From NCBI RefSeq assembly GCF_032191835.1, contig NC_083234.1:49786001-49850000 (forward strand): DNA of 64,000 bases, written 5' to 3'. Position 1 is the stretch's first letter, and each line of letters starts with the position of its first letter. The position numbers and the translations under genes were made by a program. This DNA is from Heteronotia binoei (taxonomy: Eukaryota). Of the stretch, positions 24,301 to 34,000 are shown piece by piece. The notes under the pieces are model-generated. The model saw only the letters and a list, made by a program, of their open reading frames with translations, did no database searches and was not told the origin of the DNA.

Positions 24301-27051
24301 TCCAATTCAAGTGCTAAAATTAGATATTCTGTCTCCTCAATCTGCACTGGAGCCCAAATTGGAGAATCATCCAGACAGACGTCAAATTCTACTTCTGGAT
24401 TGCACCTGGTCTCCTGAAAAATCATTGTAAAATGCTTATACCAGTAATCAGCCGTGATTAAGCTATTTACTGAACCATTTCTTCCCATTGAATCAGCTAT
24501 CAGGGACCAGAATTTCCTTGAGTCATTGTTAACTGTGACCTGCAGGAGGGGTTCCCAACTTTTAAGCAGAATTTTTTTCTGCTTGTCCTTATATAGTTGG
24601 TGTAAAGCCTTTTTAAATTCAAAGTATTCCGATGGGAGATGCACTAAATTTGACTCCCTATAGCAATGGTAAATATCACGTAAGTGGTTCTTCATCACCT
24701 GACACTCTTTATCAAACCAACCATGCGTGGAGGCTTCCCTGATGCCCCGTTGTTACTTCGCATGCAACATCATGATCCCAGAAAGTTCATTTGCAAACTT
24801 ATCACTTAAACTTAAACTCATCACCTCTGGCAAGCCAAAGTCTTCTTAAGAGCTAATATTCCACCAAAATATTAGGAGAGCCTCCCAATTCTGGTAACAC
24901 TTGGTAACCACATAGAACATACAATCATGCTGTCTCTAGTCAGCAGGGAATCTCAGTAGACATCTGTTTCAATCAGCAGCCATAAATAAACTTCAGAAGA
25001 TACTTTTTGCTTGAAAACTACCAAGCATGTTAAAATTATGGGTAGCCATTTTTGTCCACAGGGAAAAATTCAAAGGCAACAGCAAAGGAATAGATACAAC
25101 AGTGGTCATGCTACCGTCCTGGGGCTTTAGTCCCCTTACCTCCACTGCTCCATATTAAGGGTATCATAGTCTCCAGGCTTAACCTTTCCATCATGCCCAA
25201 TGTCCTTCCCTCTAACATCCCTCCTTTTTCTTTTGGCTTAGTATCCAGCCTGAAGGAGAGTTCTGGAGAACTAGAAAACTTGCTCACTGCTTTGTGATGT
25301 TTTAGTTGGTCCTAATACAGATATTCTCTACTGTGACTCTTCAATTCATCTATGGATTAACATAGCTGTCCACAGTTTTGGTCTACTTTGGAGAATACTG
25401 TAATGAATTCAGTCATCAAGGAGGGGGAATCTTACAATGGAAGGAAGACGTCTCTCTGCCACCTTATTGTGCGATTTCGTTTATGGGAGAAATGCCCTCC
25501 CACAATTAGAAAGAACAGCTCCATTCGTGTCTATTCTAATGCCCAACCCAATGTTTATATGCCCTTTTGCAGTCATAAGACTGCAGTTTTTCTGTACTTC
25601 TGTCTGGTTTGTTCTGATTAATGCTGGAGATGGATCCAAAATATTGCTGGTTTTTATATTAGCAAAGAAAGGGCTGCTGTTACATCTTTGTACCAAGTCA
25701 TTTTTGGTGCAACCTGAGACTTTTTTTCAAGCCTAGCACTGTCTATCCTAATGAATCCTGCATTATACTGCACCACAGGGCTCCCCTCCTCTACGCCACA
25801 GACATCAAGCCACCAGGAGCAGCAGAATCCAAGTCTTCTGCCTGCTCACCCCAGCTCTCCAACACAGCAAAGTGATTTGAAGTAAATAGTAACCATCAAT
25901 TTTTAATTGTTTTGAGAGGGGTGGGGAGAGTTCTTCATTCTGTCTGGTACTCTTACAAATTTTCATAATGAAGCCAGTAAAAGTCAATATGGTGTCACAA
26001 ACTAGCTGACAATATGGTGCAGGAATTTAGATCAAACTGCGAAATACTGTTCTTCCAGCCATTTAATTAGTTACTTGACTCCATGTTCAGCTCTAAGCTG
26101 TCTTCACTGAAGCCATAAATTTCCTCTTCTGAAGGAGCTGCTGGTCAAATTAGAACTTAAAAATGTGATACCAGGCTGTTTCAAAATACTGTGTCGGGAC
26201 AAAAAAAGGATAGAAGTAAAAAAAAAAAAATCCGGTCAAAATATTCATCCTATTCAGACCTATTCAAAGAGCTTCAGTCAGTAAAAATCTCTCTCGGCAG
26301 TTAGGCAGACAGTTTACTAATTACTCCAAGCCAAGCAGAGGATAGAAGAGAAAAGATTTCAGATGTCCAGTATCACAGTACATAAAATTAGCTTGTCCTA
26401 AACGAGATAACATAGCTGTCCACAGTTTTGGTCTACTTTGGAGAATACTGTAATTAATTCAGTCATCAAGGAGGGGGATCTTACAATGGAAGGAAAACAT
26501 CTTTCTCCCACCTTATTGTGCGATTTCGTTTATGGGAGAAATACCTTCCCACCATTAGAAAGAACAGCTTCATCTTTCTTCCTCTCCTCTAGCCTTAAAA
26601 AGTTCTAATGAATGCAAAAATATTGCTTACTATTTCATGATGCGTTACTTGGTCCTAATGAAGGTTAGAGGCCAAGGAGCTCAACAACATCTGTGTTATT
26701 AAATGATTAGTAAATTCCTTCTTGAGTTCCATCTAAACCTACCTCACTAATGTCATAATAATTTAGCCCAATTGCTTTATGTCCAGCCCTCAGCGGTTAG
26801 ATGGATCAATGCCCTCTGCCTACTTCTAACGTACTTTTAAATATTTCTCTTCTTTCTATTGCACACCACAGAATGCAGGGCCAATACCTGTAGCATCCAA
26901 TAACTCTGCAAACCAGTCCAATATATCTTGGTCCACCACAGTTCCGCTGGCAGCAGGCAGCTTCCGCACTTCTTCTGACGCCATTGTAAGTGGATGTTTC
27001 TTGATCTGTGACTTATGAGTGGTATTCTGTGTGGAAAGAGAATTGATATCC
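18335..27051 (-). CDS. IL-1 family cytokine paralog 2 (IL-36Ra/IL-38-like beta-trefoil with N-terminal pro-like exon); start codon uncertain
   Basis: Exons 26888-27051 (DINSLS...TVVDQDILDWFAELLDAT), 21081-21191 (GLQPRRYSLHDTDHKSIYLQDKKLVAAPLQGDNSAQE), 19143-19267 (EFLSVLPNRFLDRQRIPLILGVKEGSQGISCGKEEEPKLQLE) and 18335-18544 (DTHLMDL...FESAAFPGWYLC...ITDFYFQHK*). Phases 1/1/0 match IL-1 family intron positions, and the IL-1 signature FESAxxPGWYL is present. Confidence 0.9.
19455..19621 (-). mobile_element. 5S rRNA-derived SINE (further copies ~35757-35945 +, ~58975-59150 -, ~62495-62680 -)
   Basis: Degenerate 5S-like head (gatcttggaagctaagcagggt...ggttagta...ggatgggagac) joined to a non-5S tail ending ggcaaacca-like. 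Confidence 0.7.
21692..22439. mobile_element. GC-rich non-autonomous hAT element with internal tandem duplication
   Basis: TAGG...CCTA termini and a perfect 8-bp TSD gttggtta (21684-21691 and 22440-22447). Confidence 0.8.
22450..24780 (-). mobile_element. Degenerate 5'-truncated non-LTR retrotransposon (RT plus C-terminal Cys/His knuckle)
   Basis: Frameshifted pieces: KAPGPNAIP, NYRPISLLS, FLDLKGVFDSV, GCILAPILFN, FRYLGIHF, CPCG...HVLLSC. Confidence 0.85.
25358..26569 (+). repeat. ~163-bp direct duplication (25358-25520 and 26408-26569)
   Basis: About 9 differences between the copies by manual alignment. Confidence 0.85.
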
Positions 27052-28979
27052 CTAAATGGATATGTTTCCCACCCTCCAAGCCAAGAAATCCCTTTCCCCT
27101 TTACAGCCCAAGTTATATCCAGCATCATACCAGAATTAACTACTAAGCAGGATCGAAAAACAAAAGCCATGACACCTTTTACCGGGACTTACACACAACA
27201 ATGGGCAAGCTTTTGAGCTCTCCCAGACTCTGCATCAGGCAGGATATTATATGTTTCAGGCCACGATCTTCAGGGCTTTATGTACAGGGGTAGTCTTAGC
27301 CAACAAGAGGGGCAGCTGCCCCATGCCCCAAGCTAGAGGGTCCTGACCACCCAACCCCCCCCAAAAAAACTCCCCAAGGTGGGAGGAGACAAAAAAAAAA
27401 AAAGACAGGCTCCTACTGCTGACACCTGCATATGTCCTGCCTGGGGATTTGGCAACCAGCTTCCAGTGATGGTTCTTAGCTGCCACATATGGATTTGAGG
27501 AGCACCTCTTGCTTGGCCTCAGCAGGGGAGTTAGAGGGGGTGGCAATGATTCTTTTGCCCACAGCCCCAGAATCAGTAAGACCACCCCTGTCTGTAAGCA
27601 CCCTGCCTGGAATGCTCAGTGTCTTGTCTCTTCAGAAGGTCAGAAGGGTTCTGAGAAGAAGCAAGAAATGGTCTTATCTGCCTCCCTCCCCTGTTTTAAA
27701 CATGCAACTTGAATAAAAGTTCTGAAGAGCTCAAAAGCTTGTACATGGTTTTGTGATATTTTAATTGGTCCTACTGGAAGGTATGACATGGGTTTTTGAG
27801 GGACCAATGTGGCTACCTGCAATTTCTGTTTCACGGGTTGCAAAAGGAGGCACAATGTGGTTGTGATACGGTAGCTTTTGCTAAAATAAAACTGTTATTA
27901 TTTAAGATGCTAGAAGATTCTTTCTTGTTTTGTATATATCAATAAAGCCTAGGCATAAGTGGGAAGGGGGTGCTGAGGAATTGTACTGCTTTGTTTTAAC
28001 CTCAGGCTGTTGGTTCCATATCAGGTTTCCAATATTCTCTGACCCTCAAGGGCCCTCTGAGATCAGCCTGCTCGCAAAGCACCAAAGGGTGAGTACACAA
28101 GGCCAACTCATGTGACATGCACAGTCCTAAAGAGCAGGAACACCTGGGTGTGGATTTCTCACTGCCTTTTTGCATGCAGAAAGGATTACCTTCCCTTATG
28201 ACTACACACACAGGTTTCACATAAGTTATTCTTATATGGAGAGCCCTGCAGCAGAAAGCAGCTATGCGTGCCCTGCCCTGCAGCACTCAGTTAAGGCTGC
28301 TGCTTCCCAGGGGCCACCTTTTAGTTCCCTGGCAAAGGAGAAGAATGAATGAAGCAGACCTTATCTTTGGTTCTGGGGATTGTGAACTTCAGAGATTGTC
28401 TGCAAACTGCCTGTTGATGAGAGACAGAGAGAGAAACTGTTCTTAGTGGCAAGATGTGTTTTGAAAAACATAAAGAATTAATATATCACAGAGAATTCCA
28501 ACTGCTGATGACAATCACATAAAGTTGCCAGCTCCCAGGTGGTGAGCAGAGAAAGGCACTGTCTCCGTGAATAAACTGTTCACACAATTCTCCTAAGGTC
28601 TTATCACATTTAAATAGTAGCTTGAAACAGACTGATAGCATTCCAAAAATACAGAACTTCAAAGCACAGAATACAAAACAGAAGGAGGACACCACAAATA
28701 ACTCCAATTACAGTTCAGAATTGTTAACAAATTTCTTCCTCTTCCTTAGTTGGATGTCTGTAATGCAGCAAAAAATACTTTCAAAAGGATGCCTGTTCCA
28801 ATCCACTCTCAAATACGCAGTTCAGAAATTTTTCTTCAAGTAGCTGATAGCTAAATGGGCATTTCCGGAACTTTTCCAACCATGTTTTTGCCAAAAGCTT
28901 CCCCTAAGCTCTGTATTAAAACAAGGCTTTTTTCAGATCCAGACCAACTCCTACATTTTCAATAGATTCACAAGCATAT

Positions 28980-29070
28980 CTGTCTATCTGTCTATCTGTC
29001 TGTCGCCTATCGTCTGTCTGTCGTCTGTCTATCCTTTCTTCTTCCTCTTCATCATCATCATCTATCATCA
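28980..29070. repeat. Compound microsatellite (ATCT/GTCT/CAT)
   Basis: Visible tetra- and trinucleotide runs. Confidence 0.7.
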
Positions 29071-30797
29071 CCACTATGAAGCAGAATTTGTTTTTGATTT
29101 TAATTGGTTCAAGATTTTCTCTACCTTTACTCTGGCTACCTGTTTCTTTGCCCCTCAGTATCCAAGAAGCAGGAAAGTCTCTTTGGGGTGGATGAGGGTG
29201 CCTGGGGGAAGCTATCTCTGTGACCCACCTGCCTTCAACAGGTATGCCTGCCTCATCCGCCAGCAGGAAACTGCTTGAGGCCTGTCAAGAGCTTCTTCAC
29301 TGGCCATGATTCTCTAGGCACAGTGTGTGCTAGACTATGCCATGGGAAGGAAAGGGAGTCTCACAGGTGAAACACTAAGAAAGCAGAATATTAATCGATT
29401 ACTTCCCAGCAAGGCTATGCAATCATGTGGTAGACAATGAAATGAGACTGCCAAATTATACACTTTTGTAGTTGATGCAACTCTTGTTGCAGTTGCATTT
29501 ACAGAACTATCCCATGGAAGATGCATAGGAGGCTGAGGACCGCCAAGAACACCAGCACACACCCCTTCCTGACAAAGATTCCTTTTGATCCTTTACAGCT
29601 CAGACTCATCCCAAACATCCTGGCTTTGGTCAATGGCCAAGACTCTGCTATATTTTGGTATCACCATGTTTCCAATGTATATTAACAAAGAAGAAGGGCT
29701 GCCAGGTAGGGGTAGGGTTGCCAGATCCAAGCTGGGAAACTCCTGGAGATCTGGGGATGGAGCCTGCAGAGGACAAGGACCTCAGTGGGGTACAATGCCA
29801 TCGATTCCACACTCCAAAGCCTCCATTTTCTCCAGGGGAACTGATCTCTATAGTCTGGAGATGAGCTGTAATTCTGGGGGGGATCCCTGGGTCCTACTTG
29901 GAGGAAAGCATCCCTAGTCACAGGCCATATGTGAAGCAGCTGAAAGCACTGGGCATGTTTGTTACTGGGTCAAAAATCGCTGTGATCCTTGAAATCTGTC
30001 ACTGACTGAGGCCAAAATACATTCCTGTGCATGCACTGGGTCTCATTTAAACTGGACTGCTACCTCATTTGTGCAAAGCAGCTTTGTGTGCCCTGTGTTA
30101 CATCCTCCCCTTCTTTGAAGGAAGTCTTGTGATAGATCCCATTGCAGGAATTTGACAGAAAGGCTCTCTCCTTTCCTCTTCAGCAGGGCCCGCTCTGCCA
30201 CTAGGCAAACTAGGTGATTGCCTAAGGTGCCGACCCTCTGGGGGCGCTGAATTGGGTGCCCCCCATGTGACTCAGTGACTTTATCAGTGGGGGGGGCACC
30301 AGACGTTAGCCTTGCCTGGGGTGCCAGACAGCCTCAGGCCAGCCCTGCTCTTCAGACTGTTCCAGCAATTCATCCTCTACCACCCCAGTCACTGAGCTGA
30401 GAAAGTCACATCTAATTAGTAGGAAGTCGCATCTAATTTTTAGGAAAAGCCCAGAGGAACTCATTTGCATATTAGGCCACACCCCCTAACATCGCCATTG
30501 TTTCACACAGGGCTTTTTCTACAAAAAAGCCCAGCAGGAACTCATTTGCTTATTAGGCCACATCCCCTGACACCAAGCCAGCTGGAACTGCATTCCTGCT
30601 AAAGAAAAAAATCCCTGGTGCACAGTATTATTTAGTAGTCCTGAGACAATCTTCATGTGGGAGATGGAAAGTTTTTTTCTCTGCCAGTTTCCTCAGGGTT
30701 GATCTTGTACCGCAATCTTGACAAAGATCCAGAGAAACACAACCTGAAAACAAGAAAGGGCACTGCATCTGCAGCAGCAGAGCTACAAAGGTATTAC

Positions 30798-31000
30798 CTG
30801 AGATTTCTTTGTCCGCAGGGTCAGCCTCCTCTCCCGCATGCTCCAGCTGCCAGCTCTTTTGGCTCACCTGCTTTTTATCCTCTCCCCGAAGCATGCAAAA
30901 GGCGTGGCATGTTCCTTAGCATTGTCTCCTAAGCGATGGTGCAACATGCAAATGAGTGGGTAAGAGCCACTTACAGTAAAAAGTAAAGGAACAGTCCTAC
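30798..31000 (-). promoter_or_regulatory. Candidate promoter and first exon of IL-1 paralog 2 (paralogous copy at ~12393-12600)
   Basis: On the minus strand: octamer ATTTGCAT, TATA-like GATAAAAA, ~70 nt, then CAG|gtaat donor. The donor and TATA-like AAAAAGCAGG element are conserved in the paralogous block. Confidence 0.4.
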
Positions 31001-34000
31001 AAAACTTTCTAACTTCCTGGGGAAAAGATGGAGGAAGTCCAGTGGTTGGTTAGAAGATGGCAAATGCACGGGGAGAAACTGAAATGGGACAAGAGTAGAT
31101 AATTAAATTCCTGGTTCATTTTATCTGTGGCTTTCTCTTACCTCATGGACAAAGGATAGGAAGCAGTAGAAAAGGCAGTAGAAAAGGACAGGAAACAATA
31201 GGAAAAGATAGGAAGCAGTAGAAAAGGCAAATTGCAGAAAATGTTTGAAAGGGAGGCTGCAAAATCCAAGTGGGACAGTTGTTGTAACAAGGTGCAGAAA
31301 GAAGACTGGAAGCATCTGGCCATAGAAGACATGGGGGGGGGGGGGGGCAATGGCATGCCCTACTTGACTGTTCTCTGTGCAGCAGGAAAGGGCTTTTTTG
31401 TTCTTAGCTGCACTCCATTTGCATCATGCTCCACACCACAGGTTGTCAGTGAGTTTCATGCAGAGTGGGAACACACTGGCTCTCTGAAGCTAATTAGAGG
31501 AATCTGTTTCTCCAAAAAGAAAAAAAAGATCCAGAGAAATTTGGACTACAGCCTTTGACCTATCTGGGAAGGCTGTTTTAAGACAGCTTCTGAGTCTGGC
31601 AAAGTGCAAATTAAGCATTTTTGTGTGTGCAAAGTTGTACATGTTGCCCAAGGTACCTTTGGGGTGAGGGGTTATTTCACCACAGAACACATTAGGTTAA
31701 AAAAAACAATGTGAATCTAGAAACTAACGAAACTTTGGGGGCTAGTATTCAGAGTTCTGAGCTGGTCTTCCAGGGTGTGGGTTCAAGAAACAAAATGCCT
31801 GAATGCATTTTGCAGAATGGAACAGATTGTAGAAGGTGAAGAAGCTGTAGGCAACTTTGGCCCAGTCTGCCCAGAAGATCACAGTTTATCCTGCAGTACA
31901 GCCATTAAAAAAACACTTGCTGGGATCTGATCTGACTTCCTATCTAATTCAACAAGGAATCTGGAAGCACAGGCTGGACCAGTTTCAGTCCTTTCTTGAG
32001 CAGGGAAGTTTAGCATTCTTGCAAGCGTGGCACAGCAGCAACATGCAGCTCCTGACTTGCCACATCTGTTCTTCTGAAGATTGCAGAGCAACTTTCCAAG
32101 AGGGGATTGGTGGTGAAATATCTAAGCGGCAACTGTGGGAAGCCGCGGTGCTTCCCCTTTTGGAAATGATGCCACAAGTGCAACGTGCAAGTGGCAAGTG
32201 TGTCTGCTTTCCCTGCTGCAGAGGCAACCTGGTTTCTGGGAATGGGGATTTCCTAAAGATGTGGCCGTGAGTCATAGATCTGGAAATGATGGGAGTTCCA
32301 GCTTTATATAGTTTGCTCAGGAGGAGAATGCCAAGGGAGTGAATGGGACTGACTGAGACTGCCTGGAGTGTGCCTGTGGAAATCTGGCAGCTGAGGGAGC
32401 ATCAGCAACTGTGCTGTGGCTGGGCGTGGGGAATTAAAAGGAAAGAAAATCTCTTGGCTTGCAGAAGAAAAGGTCAGCTTTGATGCGTATACACCTATGT
32501 GGTAGAGATGCACAGTCAGAAATGTGCTAATTAATATCCAAAGCAAATAAAACCCATTTGTCGATACTCTAAATGCTTTGAACAGAATGATTTCATTATA
32601 TGAAGGAGCTTTGTGATCTGTCCTGCTTCACTGCAGGGCTGACTAAGCAGCTGTGGACTTGGCTGTTGTCAGGTCTGTAGTCGGGAGGTGCTTTTGGATC
32701 CACACGTACTACTGGATGAGCAGGTGGCAGCTGTGGTCAACTTTGGCTAGTTAGCCAGCTGTGGCCTTTCCACTCTGGCACAAGCCCGTAGCTACAAGGC
32801 GGCCTGTGGGGGCACAGCCCCCTGACTTCTGGGTGAGACCCCCCTGACTTGGGGCCCCCAAACAGCCCCCAGGGTCTCTGCTGCATCCTGGAGCGTAGGG
32901 CAGGGGGCAGAAGCAGTCCCCAGCCTCCCCCTCCAGTTAAAAGAGCTGCAGGCCAATCAGCTGATCAGTGGGGTCCTTTAACCCAGCACAGGATTCAACT
33001 GCTCAATAGCTATTGGTGCTCCTGGCTTGGCTGGTGACGAGGAATAGGGGTGCACTAGGACCCTGTGGAGCAGACCCTGCTGGCTACCTGTTGTCAGCCG
33101 GCTCTCTCTGGAGGCAGCTGGGAGCCTCTATAAATTTTAGCAGCATTTCAACATCTAAAAGCTTCCCCGCCACGCGCGCACACACACATCCTGGTAAGTA
33201 AATGTTCCCATCTGACTGTAAAACTTCCCCCTTCTGCTGCATATCTGAAGCTCTTCATGTTCTTTGTAATTCACAAGGTAAAACTCGCTCTCCACGCCCC
33301 CGCACCCACACAGGGAAAGAGCATTTCCTCTGTTAAGCCCTCCGCCCCCCCTTCCTTCTTAGGTCTCTCTAGCAACCAGCTCCACAAGGCTGGTTTCTTC
33401 CTACCAAAATAATGACTTGATGTATATTTAAATAACAAGACACCCTGTATGTGTGTTCACTGTAACTTGTGAACAGGACTTGTGTGTGTGCATGTGTGTT
33501 GGGGGGGTGTGTGTGTTGGCAATATGCTTTCAATACAGTTATCCTGTATTTGGGTAGCAGAACTGTGATATATGGGCTTTAATTCATAGAGTTAACAACT
33601 CTGGCTGGTAAATTCCTGGATATTTTTGATGGATCCTGAGGAAGGCAGGGAGCTCAGTGGCATGTAAAGTCCACATCCCCCCCACCAAAAAAAGCCATTC
33701 TGTATAGAGGAAATTATCTCTGTAGTTCAGAGAACAGTTGTAATTCTGGGTGATCTCCAGGCCCCACCAGGAGGTTGGTAGCCCATTATCTTGGAAGTAA
33801 ACCCACTGAATAAAAGGACTAAAAATAGTTCTGGTTTCCATTGCTTGAGGTGACCATCCTGTAGTTTGCTTTAATTTTCACACACACACACACACCCGCC
33901 CTCCCAACTTTGTTATTTCAAAGAGGTCTCCCATCCAAATACTTGCTGGAGTAATTTCAAGTTTTTGAAAATTGGTTATCAGTGGTGGGGGGGGGCAGTA

